A stretch of DNA of 58,439 nt from a virus (IMGVR_UViG_3300034091_000288:1-58439); one strand, 5' to 3'; shown: positions 35,802-43,910, numbered from the stretch's first letter. The notes: a model not told the origin generated them from the sequence alone. Made by a program: numbers and translations.

Positions 35802-36682
35802 GGGCGCTTCGCTTTCTTCTTGGCTTTCTCCTGCCGGCGCCGCGCTGCCCACTCATGCAGCTCGTGCGCTTCTTCCAGCGTGAGCGCCAGCGCCGCCAGT
35901 TCGGGGTGCGGCTTCACCGTGCTCGGCGGCATCTTCATCTCGGGCAAGGCGATCCCCAACTTCGCCGCCAGCGCCATGCCGTCGATGAACCGCTGCCGCC
36001 ACACGGGGACGCCGGGCCACACCGCCTTCAAAAAGAAGTCGCATTGCTCCGGGCTCGCAAAACAGACGCAGCACCAGAAGTCCCAATCCAGCACGATGTT
36101 GAAAAACTCTTTGCGCTTCGCGGCGGCCTCGAACACCGTGGTCCGCGCGGGCGGTTTCGTCGCCGTCACCGTCGCCACGGCGGGCTTCGGCGGTGGAACA
36201 ATCAGGCCGTCGCCAAAGTTCACCGTGATGCCTTCGACCAGGTGATCGGTCACGTAGGCGAGGATCTCCTCGTCGTCCGCTTCCGCCTTCTTCGTCCGCA
36301 CCGTGGCCTTGGGCAGCTTGAGCCCGAGCTGCTTCGCCAGCTCCACCCCGTCGATGTACTTGTCCGCATCCTCGAAGGTCTTGGGCCACAGCTTCTCCAG
36401 GAAGAGGTTCTTCTGCTCCTGGCGATCGAAGATGAGACAGAACCAGTAGGGCGAGTCGGGAATGGTGAAGGCTCGAGTCGCGCCCGCCTTGCGCGCCGCG
36501 TCGATCTTCACTTCCAGCGCCGCAAAGGCTTCCCGGCCTTTCGCCAGCCACTCGTCGGGCTGGTACCGCTTGTCGAGCGCGACGGACCCCGAGTCTTGCA
36601 GCAGGTCAGTGAGATAGTCCAGGGGGTTCGGGCCCGCCGCTGCGGCCTTCTCGCCGCGCTTGCGCGAACTCGTGTCGGGCAA
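35798..36682 (-). CDS. Two-repeat protein partnered with PAPS-reductase-like gene
   Basis: TTG after GGAGG; duplicated D..[YF]W.C..F...EQ...FL...IDG..LA..LG. Confidence 0.7.
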   Translation of the reverse strand: MPDTSSRKRGEKAAAAGPNPLDYLTDLLQDSGSVALDKRYQPDEWLAKGREAFAALEVKIDAARKAGATRAFTIPDSPYWFCLIFDRQEQKNLFLEKLWPKTFEDADKYIDGVELAKQLGLKLPKATVRTKKAEADDEEILAYVTDHLVEGITVNFGDGLIVPPPKPAVATVTATKPPARTTVFEAAAKRKEFFNIVLDWDFWCCVCFASPEQCDFFLKAVWPGVPVWRQRFIDGMALAAKLGIALPEMKMPPSTVKPHPELAALALTLEEAHELHEWAARRRQEKAKKKAKRP

Positions 36683-37361
36683 AGTCAGCCTCCAGCAAGG
36701 GAAAAAACTTCGCAATGCGCTCGTAGTCGGCGGGGAAGTACTGCTCGATCAACCGCATGTACTTGTAATCCCAATCCTCCCAGGAGCGGTCCATCAGACG
36801 ATAGTCCACGGGCAGCTTGAGCCCCGAGTCGCGGATGACCTGACAGACCCGCGTCAGCTTCCAGTCCCACACCGGCTTGAATTCGTGGCGCTCCGTGGAG
36901 ATCGGCCCCCACTTGCGCAGCACAAACTTGCGCAACTGCGAGTCCTCCACCCGGATGCCGAAGCCGGACCACGCCGTCGCCGGCAGCTTCAACTGCTTTT
37001 TCAGCTCCGACTGCGCCCGCTGATACCAGTAGTGCTTCGGCCAGTTGTGGGCCCACACCACCGCCGAGGATTCCGGCGTCTGGTAAATCAGGTCGTTGAG
37101 ATCGTGGATGGTGTTGGGGTTGAGCACGCGGATGATCTCCGCGCCCAGCTTGTCTTCGAGATAGTCGAGATAGTCCTCGCACCAGCCGAGGCCCGGCAAG
37201 GGCTGCATGTGCACCGGGACGATGCGCTTAAAGAAGGGCTTGCAGGCCAGCCACATGGCCAGGGAGTCCTTGCCCCGGCTGACGCTGAGCAGCACGGTGT
37301 CGGTCTGCTTCGCGACGATCTGAATGGTTTCATCCCCGGTCGGCCAGTTGATCTGTTCCAC
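36606..37361 (-). CDS. PAPS reductase / PP-loop family protein
   Basis: SVSRGKDSLA, GIRVEDS..R, PVWDW. Confidence 0.8.
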   Translation of the reverse strand: MEQINWPTGDETIQIVAKQTDTVLLSVSRGKDSLAMWLACKPFFKRIVPVHMQPLPGLGWCEDYLDYLEDKLGAEIIRVLNPNTIHDLNDLIYQTPESSAVVWAHNWPKHYWYQRAQSELKKQLKLPATAWSGFGIRVEDSQLRKFVLRKWGPISTERHEFKPVWDWKLTRVCQVIRDSGLKLPVDYRLMDRSWEDWDYKYMRLIEQYFPADYERIAKFFPLLEADFARHEFAQARREGRSGGPEPPGLSH

Positions 37362-37370
37362 GCGCGCTCC

Positions 37371-37547
37371 TCACGTCACCTTGAAAGGCGTTAAACACTT
37401 GCACGACGGACACGCAATGATGATGATCCTCCCTGCGAGTTGCGCCTTGGCCGTCTCGGGAAAAGGCGCGCCGCAGTGGAAGCACTTCGGCGGTTTGTCC
37501 CAGGTGCAATCTCCCAGCTTCAGCACGCGGGGTTTGGGCCTGTTCAT
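37371..37547 (-). CDS. Small Zn-ribbon protein
   Basis: CFHCG...CPSC. Confidence 0.55.
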   Translation of the reverse strand: MNRPKPRVLKLGDCTWDKPPKCFHCGAPFPETAKAQLAGRIIIIACPSCKCLTPFKVT

Positions 37548-37954
37548 AGGGTCACCTTCCGCTGCGTGTTGGGGATGAACTGGCCTTTCATGGTCCACTC
37601 CGCCCACTCCGCGACGCGCCCTCCGAGATTCCCGCTGCCCCAGGTGAGGGGCCGCGTCTTTAGCTCGGTCACGAGGCTGTCCACTTCATAGACCACGCGG
37701 CGCCCGCTCTGCGCGACGAGCATCAGCGTCAGGCGCACCGGGCGCACCCGCTCCTGCTCGACCAACTCCCGCAGGTCCCACATCGTGCCCTCTTGCAGCG
37801 CCGAGCCGGGCGCGAGCACGATCTGCGGAGCCTTCACGATCTCCGCTTCCGCGCCCCACTCCGGGCCGCCGCCGATGATCGGGACCACGCGGGCTCCCGG
37901 ACCCATCAGGTCCGCGATCTCGTCGATGCGAAACTTCCGCTGCGGCCAATTCAC
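37544..37954 (-). CDS. Hypothetical protein
   Basis: Overlapping start/stop chain. Confidence 0.55.
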   Translation of the reverse strand: MNWPQRKFRIDEIADLMGPGARVVPIIGGGPEWGAEAEIVKAPQIVLAPGSALQEGTMWDLRELVEQERVRPVRLTLMLVAQSGRRVVYEVDSLVTELKTRPLTWGSGNLGGRVAEWAEWTMKGQFIPNTQRKVTL

Positions 37955-38079
37955 TCCAGCAGTCCCTTTTTAATCAGAATCCGGCGCGCGTCGTTCGCCG
38001 TGATCTCCCCCTGGGCGAGCCGTTTGCGCAGATGGCGACGCCAGTACCAGCAACGGACCCAACGCCACAGTGTTTTCAT
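37951..38079 (-). CDS. 42-aa basic Trp-rich peptide (not in ORF track)
   Basis: AGGAGG RBS; MKTLWRWVRCWYWRRHLRKRL... Confidence 0.6.
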   Translation of the reverse strand: MKTLWRWVRCWYWRRHLRKRLAQGEITANDARRILIKKGLLE

Positions 38080-38135
38080 GCGGCCTCCTGGACTAATGCC
38101 ACTCACTAGCCTCACCCTATCCAGCGCAATGCGCC

Positions 38136-38163
38136 ATTATACCCGCTTGCCGTCCGCCGTCAA
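38136..38163 (-). promoter_or_regulatory. Leftward sigma70 promoter
   Basis: TTGACG-16-TATAAT. Confidence 0.75.
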
Positions 38164-38171
38164 GTTTTATC

Positions 38172-38218
38172 TTGACAATCCCGCTCACATATAGCCATAC
38201 TATAGCCGTAGTATAGCC
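38172..38218 (+). promoter_or_regulatory. Rightward promoter with three phased TAGCC boxes
   Basis: TTGACA-18-CATACT; TAGCC at 38192, 38203, 38214. Confidence 0.75.
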
Positions 38219-38239
38219 ACAATGTTAGGAGGTAGTAGG

Positions 38240-39022
38240 ATGCAGCCTACTCTGACTTTTCCCGCCCGCCTGTCCGAACGCTGGCGCGGTCACCAGCTCC
38301 GCGACTTCATCGGCTTGGTGCGGCCCAAGGCGGTCTTGACGAACTTTCTGCGCGCCCCCTGGCCGGAAGCCTTCCTGTTTCTCGGCCCGACCGGGGTGGG
38401 TAAAACCACGATGGCCCTGGCGCTGGCGGAGTTGCTGCCCGCCGAACTGCGCCAAATCCCCTCCCGGTCCTGCGACCTGGAGACGCTCGATCAGGCCGTG
38501 CGCGGCTGCCATCACGTCCCCTGGAACGCCCGCTTCCACATGCTCCTGGTGGACGAAGCCGAACAGATCACCCGCGATGCGCAGGCGCGTTTCCTTTCCC
38601 TGCTGGACGCCACGGCGTGGCCGCCCGCCACGATCTTCATCTTTACCGCCAACCGCACCGACACCTTCGAGCCCCGCTTCTTGTCCCGGCTCAAGACCCT
38701 GCCCTTCACCACCGAAGAGGTTTCCCGCGCTTTGCCCGCCTTCCTGCGCCGCGTGGCGCGCCGGGAGCATTATCACGCCATCGACATCCGTAAGTGTATC
38801 CCTGAAAACGGCAACGTGCGCGACGCGCTGAACCGCCTGGAAATGGAAGCCCTGGCGGAAGGCGTCGTGGACGCCCATCCCGCCGTGGAGTGGGAGCGCT
38901 ACAAGTCCGCCCACCTGTGGCACTGCTGTGTCTGCGCCGGGTCGATCAAGCCCGGCACCACTTTCCTGATCGCCGGCGAGCAAGCCTGCCATACCGCCTG
39001 CAAACCCAAAGGAGGATCTTAG
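38240..39022 (+). CDS. Clamp-loader-like AAA+ ATPase with C-terminal Zn finger
   Basis: GPTGVGKTT, LVDEAE, FTAN, LSRL, GNVRDALNRLE. Confidence 0.85.
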   Translation: MQPTLTFPARLSERWRGHQLRDFIGLVRPKAVLTNFLRAPWPEAFLFLGPTGVGKTTMALALAELLPAELRQIPSRSCDLETLDQAVRGCHHVPWNARFHMLLVDEAEQITRDAQARFLSLLDATAWPPATIFIFTANRTDTFEPRFLSRLKTLPFTTEEVSRALPAFLRRVARREHYHAIDIRKCIPENGNVRDALNRLEMEALAEGVVDAHPAVEWERYKSAHLWHCCVCAGSIKPGTTFLIAGEQACHTACKPKGGS

Positions 39023-39024
39023 TC

Positions 39025-40251
39025 ATGCCCGAACCCGAAGAAGTAAAAGTCAATCCGACCACCCCGCCCCCGGAACCCGTCAAGACCGTGGGCCCGCCCC
39101 CGGAGCCTAAACCCACGCCCTTCGAACTGACCGTGGACCGCGACGCTTTCCTCGACGAATTGGGGCTCGCCGCATGGTGCGCGGAGAAGAGGGCCACGCA
39201 GCCCATTCTTTCCGCCGTGCTGCTCACCCTGCAACCGCAAGAGAAGAAGAAGTGGCTGGCGCTCCAGACCACCGATCTCGAAGTCGCCTTTGCCACAAGG
39301 CTCCCGATCACCGCCTCCACCGGCAGTGGCCGCGTGGCCGTGGACGCCCAACTCCTGCTGAGCGCCTGCAATGCCGTCACGTCCGACACCCTGCGCCTCA
39401 CCTTCTCGGGGACCGCCTTCACCCTGGACGCCGGCAACGCCCACTTCGAATTGCCCACGTTCAACCCCGCCAACTTTCCCGTGCTGCCCGAGCGTCCCGG
39501 CGGCGCGGTCGCCCTGGCGGCCGAGCCGCTCGTCGCCGCCATCGAACACACCCGCTACGGCGTGTCCGCGGAACCCAACCGCTACACCATGAACGGAGCG
39601 TTGCTGGTGATCGGCGCCGCTACCAACAAACTCAAGATGGTCGCCACGGACGGCCATCGGATGCCGATCTACGAGCACCCGGTCAAGATCGACAAGAAGG
39701 CTCCGGATCTCCAACTCATCGTGCCCGTCCCCATGCTCTCGCTCTTGCCCTCGGCCCTGGCGGACGCCAGCACGGTTGCGCTCGCCTACAACGAAGCCCA
39801 TCTGTTTTTCAGCGCAGGCAAGCGGCAGATGGCCGTGCGCCGCATGATGGGGCAGTTCCCGCAGTACGAGCACGTCCTGCCCACCGACTTGCCCGTGCGC
39901 ATGGAGTGCGACCGCAAGGAACTGGTCGCCTGCCTGCGCCGCGTCGCCCTGGTCGCCGACGAACGCTCGAACGGGGTGAGGCTCGAGTTTCACCCGAAAT
40001 CGCTTGTCATCACCACGCACAGCGACGCGGGAAGCTCGACGGATAAACTCGCCGCTGCCACCACGGGGCTGACAGAGCCGCTCATGGTGGGATTCGATCT
40101 GCGCTATCTGCTGGATTTTGTCACGAGCGCGCGCACGTCCCGCGTGGCCCTCTCGGTGAAAGCAAAGGATCTGGCGTGCCGCTTCGACATCGTGCCCGAG
40201 GAAGGAGTGGACTACCAGTTGTTGTGCGTCATCATGCCGCTCAGGTATTGA
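39025..40251 (+). CDS. dnaN: DNA polymerase III beta sliding clamp
   Basis: TTDLE, MVATDGHRM, GQFPQYEHVLP, GFDLRYLLD, VIMPLR. Confidence 0.95.
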   Translation: MPEPEEVKVNPTTPPPEPVKTVGPPPEPKPTPFELTVDRDAFLDELGLAAWCAEKRATQPILSAVLLTLQPQEKKKWLALQTTDLEVAFATRLPITASTGSGRVAVDAQLLLSACNAVTSDTLRLTFSGTAFTLDAGNAHFELPTFNPANFPVLPERPGGAVALAAEPLVAAIEHTRYGVSAEPNRYTMNGALLVIGAATNKLKMVATDGHRMPIYEHPVKIDKKAPDLQLIVPVPMLSLLPSALADASTVALAYNEAHLFFSAGKRQMAVRRMMGQFPQYEHVLPTDLPVRMECDRKELVACLRRVALVADERSNGVRLEFHPKSLVITTHSDAGSSTDKLAAATTGLTEPLMVGFDLRYLLDFVTSARTSRVALSVKAKDLACRFDIVPEEGVDYQLLCVIMPLRY

Positions 40252-40276
40252 CCCGTGGCTAGAGAGTGGCTATAGT
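40248..40276 (+). promoter_or_regulatory. Promoter of RHH gene with two inverted TAGCC boxes
   Basis: TTGACC-17-TATAGT; GGCTA at 40257 and 40268. Confidence 0.75.
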
Positions 40277-40313
40277 GTGTGGGCCGGAACCCCGGCCCAC
40301 CAAGGAGGTTGCT

Positions 40314-40541
40314 GTGAGAGAGAAACGCAAGAAGATCGCCCGGACGGCGCCGCAGAGCGCCTACATCCGCTTCATGCCGGAAGAGTGGACGCTCATCCAG
40401 GATGTGCTCGCCCGCCGCATGGAGGAATGGCGCAAGGACCCGCGCAACACGCCCAAGCCGAGCCTGACCAGTTTCGTGGCGGTGGCTGCCGTCGAAGCCG
40501 CGAAGCGGGCGTTGGGCCATCCGGTGGAAGTCCATGCCTAG
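40314..40541 (+). CDS. Ribbon-helix-helix regulator (TacA/DUF1778-like pattern)
   Basis: AAGGAGG-GTG; strand SAYIRF, helix PEEWTLIQ, helix SLTSFVAVAAVEAAKRAL. Confidence 0.7.
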   Translation: MREKRKKIARTAPQSAYIRFMPEEWTLIQDVLARRMEEWRKDPRNTPKPSLTSFVAVAAVEAAKRALGHPVEVHA

Positions 40542-40647
40542 CTCGCGGGGCGGCGCTGCCACGCCGCCCTGGGGCACCGTAACGCTGGAGTCGCCTGTCC
40601 CGCCCCCACCCATGTAGCCTACTGTAGCCTATTGCTAACTCCTTTGT

Positions 40648-40702
40648 TTTCAACACGTTAGTATAGCCGCAATCCCCTAAAAGTACCCGTAAGTTATTGA
40701 AA
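40648..40702. promoter_or_regulatory. Two inverted IHF-like sites
   Basis: TTTCAACACGTTA (+) and TTTCAATAACTTA (-) vs WATCAANNNNTTR. Confidence 0.45.
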
Positions 40703-40720
40703 ACAAAGCACTTTTAGTGC

Positions 40721-40777
40721 TTGCAATCCGTCCCGTCTATAGCTATACTATAGCCTCATGCTATCCACTATATAGCA
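40721..40777 (+). promoter_or_regulatory. Major early promoter with four phased boxes
   Basis: TTGCAA-17-TATACT; TAGCT 40740, TAGCC 40751, TATCC 40762, TAGCA 40773. Confidence 0.8.
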
Positions 40778-41515
40778 TGTATGTTCTTTGACAAACGAAC
40801 GGGACGGCAGGACACCGAGGGACCATCTGAGTACGCCTGAAAAACCCGTAAACCCGGGATGGCGGAGGGCGATCTAACCCAGTGAAACGCGCCGTTCAGT
40901 TCCAAGTTTCCAGCCAGTCGCACAATCCCCATAGCCTTGATGGTAGGGGATGAGCCGCTCGCCGCGTTGCAAGTGTGCTAAGCCCACACTTCATGTCCGC
41001 CGCCTAGCCTCATGGTAGCGGGAAAGGACGGCAACCCCAGGTTGCATTGAACGCTTGAGTGCCGCGACTGTCGCTTGGAGAGCCACCCCGAATCTGCTGT
41101 GCGTAGCCTTAATGGTAGCGCGGCACACGTCGGGGGGGTTCCGTTCCATACAAAACTGAGTAAGCGCGAAACCTAATCCGCATCGCGTCCACGCGCAAGC
41201 GAACCGCTCTGCCCTAGCCTTATGGTAGGCAACGGTAGGCCAGATGCGCAACGGGGTTTCGAGTGACCGCTGAAAAGTGTCGATCACCGTCCGCCGTCGC
41301 GGGTTTGTCCGAGCCTCCATCGAGGGCCTGTTCAACGCGACGCTCCGAACGCGCACAATTTTACCCCTTATGCTTTCCGTCGTCCGCAGGCAACGTCTGC
41401 GCGGCTGTAGTACCGGCAGGTCTCCAACGCAGCCTGACCGCACTGTGACCCGTTGCAAACTGGCAAGCGGAAAGAACGAGGGGATCTCGCACGCGCCGCC
41501 CTCGCCCGGGCGGAG
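40756..41515 (+). ncRNA. Large multi-domain structured RNA with four conserved hairpin caps
   Basis: No credible ORF; many nested helices, some with G-U pairs; repeated TAGCCT-N1-2-ATGGTA caps. Confidence 0.7.
40782..40794 (+). promoter_or_regulatory. rrn-type boxA antitermination site
   Basis: TGTTCTTTGACAA vs TGCTCTTTAACA; preceded by hairpin CATGCTAT/ATAGCATG. Confidence 0.65.
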
Positions 41516-41521
41516 CTGTGC

Positions 41522-41818
41522 CTACCCGACACGGTTGTCGCCCGCCGCCTGGCGCTGGGCAATCGAACCGCCGATCTCGCGACTCCGCAGAAATGTTTCG
41601 ATGGATTCCCGTCTATAATAAACGGCTCGCCCGAGCTTGATGAACGGGAGTCCACGATCGGGCTCCCCCTCCCTCACGAGGCGCCGCATCTTGCGAAGAT
41701 AGGCCACGGTGAACGGGTACTCGCGTTGCACGTCGCGCTCCCGGAGCAACCCCTTGGGCTGACTCTCCTGCACAGCCCCGCAGGGGCTGGCCTTCGGGAT
41801 GTTCTTGTGTCTCGTCAT
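41522..41818 (-). CDS. Xis/AlpA-like HTH protein
   Basis: GGAGG RBS; LLRERDV...YLRKMR..GLPFIKLGRAVYYRRESIETFL. Confidence 0.8.
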   Translation of the reverse strand: MTRHKNIPKASPCGAVQESQPKGLLRERDVQREYPFTVAYLRKMRRLVREGEPDRGLPFIKLGRAVYYRRESIETFLRSREIGGSIAQRQAAGDNRVG

Positions 41819-41870
41819 TGTGTGCCTCCGTAGAGCGGCATCATCAAGGGTCAACTTTGAGCCGTCAAGA

Positions 41871-41928
41871 CGCACGAGTTTCGGGCGTTAATACGTGCGC
41901 GCACGAGTTTCGGGCCTTATCTCGTGCG
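41871..41928. repeat. Tandem 29-bp repeats with palindromic ends
   Basis: CGCACGAGTTTCGGGCgTTAataCGTGCG / CGCACGAGTTTCGGGCcTTAtctCGTGCG. Confidence 0.85.
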
Positions 41929-42129
41929 CGTTATCAATGTGTAAACATCAGTGCAGGGTTAGCGGAGACTCTTCGGGTTCAAGTGGTGACGGGAGACAAA
42001 AGACCTCAATTGGTTGTAGGGGATCTCGAGATGGCGCGCGATCTGCCCCTGTTTCCAGCCTTGCGCCAGCAGACCGCGGACGGTTTCCAGGAGGCGCCGG
42101 TTCGTCTGATTCCAAAAAGGAGTCCAACC

Positions 42130-42420
42130 GTGAAAACCAGAGGTTCTGCGCGCACCGCGCCCGCCGATCTCAAGCGCATCAACTCCATGTTCAACGCCAT
42201 GTCAGACCTGCTCGGCTATCTGCACGCCCGCTGGCAGGACGAGTCCGAGTACGAGAACATCGCTGAGTACGCCAAGGCCGTTCGCAAGAATCTGCCCAAA
42301 GGTTTCAAGCTGCTCCGCATGATGAAGCGCCCCTTTGGCTTCCAGTTCTCGATTGGCACGCCTGCCGTCTACCGCATGACCGCCACGAACAACGCCGCCG
42401 AATGGCTCCGCCTCTTCTAG
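42130..42420 (+). CDS. Phage hypothetical protein
   Basis: AAGGAG-GTG; RWQDESEYE..MKRPFGF. Confidence 0.7.
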   Translation: MKTRGSARTAPADLKRINSMFNAMSDLLGYLHARWQDESEYENIAEYAKAVRKNLPKGFKLLRMMKRPFGFQFSIGTPAVYRMTATNNAAEWLRLF

Positions 42421-42516
42421 TTCGCACTTTCCAAACACCTGCCCGTCTGTTTCGCAAGTAGTCAACTGCCACCAGCAGGAACGTCGCCGTCAAATTCAAA
42501 ACAAAGGAGTCCCACC

Positions 42517-42762
42517 GTGGAAAACCAACAACACGCCCAACTCCCGAATGCCTTGAGCCTGCGCGATTGCGCGTGGAAGGCTCTGGACATCTACAACCAG
42601 CATGAGAACGCCGCCGAAATCGACATGATCTTCGGGGCCGGCCCCTGGGCCAGCGAAAGCCATGCGCGGCTGGCGGACAGGGAAATTAAAGCCCTGGCCG
42701 AAGCCAACGGGTTCACGTTCGAGGAAGTGGACCTGGAAATGGCCATCGCGGTCGTGAACTGA
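42517..42762 (+). CDS. Hypothetical protein
   Basis: AAGGAG-GTG. Confidence 0.7.
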   Translation: MENQQHAQLPNALSLRDCAWKALDIYNQHENAAEIDMIFGAGPWASESHARLADREIKALAEANGFTFEEVDLEMAIAVVN

Positions 42763-42771
42763 GGAGGCGCC

Positions 42772-42990
42772 ATGACGAAACCGCAGACCTGCCGCCACTG
42801 CAAAAAGACGTTCATCCCGCAGCCGGGCAAGCCGGGGTTCATCAATGAATGCCCTGACTGCCTGCGACCGCCCGATCTGCCTACACCTGCGCCGGTTGCG
42901 CAAGTGCGCAAGCGCCGCACGCCGATGGACCGGGAATTGCGCCGGTTCCTCCGCGATCTGCGCATCATTCTCGGAGGGCGCCATGCGTAA
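42772..42990 (+). CDS. Small Zn-ribbon protein
   Basis: CRHC...CPDC; GAGGAGG. Confidence 0.7.
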   Translation: MTKPQTCRHCKKTFIPQPGKPGFINECPDCLRPPDLPTPAPVAQVRKRRTPMDRELRRFLRDLRIILGGRHA

Positions 42991-43447
42991 ATCCGTCCGT
43001 GCTGAATTGCACTTGCTCCGCGAAATTGCCCACGATCTGCTGCGGGGCAAGACCTGCTACTTCTGCCATGAGCCGCTGGTCGCCGACGTGGACAGCCGCT
43101 TTGGGAACAAAGACAACTCCCCGCTCCACGTCGAACTGACGGTTCACCATTTGAATGACAATCACGAAGATAACCGCCCGGCCAACCGCCGCTGGACCCA
43201 CGCCGCCGGGCACCGCGCCTATCACGCGCAGCGCACCTTTCACAAGCGCAGCGCGGCCCAGGCCCGCAGGCTCGCCGGGGCTCGCTGCATGAGCCTCGAT
43301 CTCTCGCAGTTCCACCGCTACCGTTGCGGCACCGCCAAGCGCTGCGAAGCCTGCGGGGGCACCATCCCACCCCGCACCGTCTATTACTACTCCCGCAAAG
43401 GCCGCACGATCTGCGCGGGCTGCAAGCAAGCTGCCACCAGTAACTAA
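42983..43447 (+). CDS. HNH-like nuclease with C-terminal Zn finger
   Basis: CYFC...VHHLNDNHEDNRPAN...H..YH. Confidence 0.65.
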   Translation: MRKSVRAELHLLREIAHDLLRGKTCYFCHEPLVADVDSRFGNKDNSPLHVELTVHHLNDNHEDNRPANRRWTHAAGHRAYHAQRTFHKRSAAQARRLAGARCMSLDLSQFHRYRCGTAKRCEACGGTIPPRTVYYYSRKGRTICAGCKQAATSN

Positions 43448-43469
43448 ATCCATAATAGGAGGAATTCCC

Positions 43470-43910
43470 GTGAACCCTGCTAACAAACGCATGATACGCA
43501 AGTTTGTCATCGTCATCGCCGTGATGGCCGTGGTGATGCTCGGCGGTCCCATCCTTTGCATGTATCTCAACTTCCGCGCCCAGGAACAAGCCCTCGCGGA
43601 CCCCGTGATACTGGCGCGGGCCGCCTTCGCCGACCAGTCCACCCTCTGCCGCTCCCTCGCCCAATACGGCGGGTGCGCCTACGACCCGATGGCCCCGAAC
43701 CGCATCACCATCACCCTGGGCGGGATGAAGCCGCAGTTCCGTTTCCACTTCGTCTATGAATTGCTCGGCACCCGAGACTTCGCTCCCAAGCTCCAGGCCC
43801 AGGGCTTCCGCCAACTGACTTTCGACAGCGCGGACGCCAAGGGCAACGAAGTCAACATCGACCTCACCACCGACCCGCCTTCCGTCATGGAAGGCGACTA
43901 CACCCCGTAG
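43470..43910 (+). CDS. Membrane-anchored protein
   Basis: N-terminal TM; AGGAGG. Confidence 0.7.
   Translation: MNPANKRMIRKFVIVIAVMAVVMLGGPILCMYLNFRAQEQALADPVILARAAFADQSTLCRSLAQYGGCAYDPMAPNRITITLGGMKPQFRFHFVYELLGTRDFAPKLQAQGFRQLTFDSADAKGNEVNIDLTTDPPSVMEGDYTP

Noticed and set aside
41155-41175. Hammerhead ribozyme (CTGAGTA...GAAAC)
   Set aside because: The core needs CUGANGA; G8 is absent and there is no stem II.
40925-41235. CRISPR or guide-RNA array reading of the TAGCC..TGGTA repeats
   Set aside because: Repeats are only 13-14 nt, spacing is irregular (73, 99, 111), the flanks pair with each other, and no cas or Nop-domain gene is recognised.
41100-41270. tRNA genes (caps resemble a D-arm, TAGC..TGGTA)
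   Set aside because: No anticodon arm, correctly placed T-arm or acceptor stem. Partial tRNA mimicry is not excluded.
40991-41618. ORFs of 155, 113 and 61 aa across the ncRNA region
   Set aside because: No RBS, no recognisable motifs, and the sequence is better explained by base pairing.
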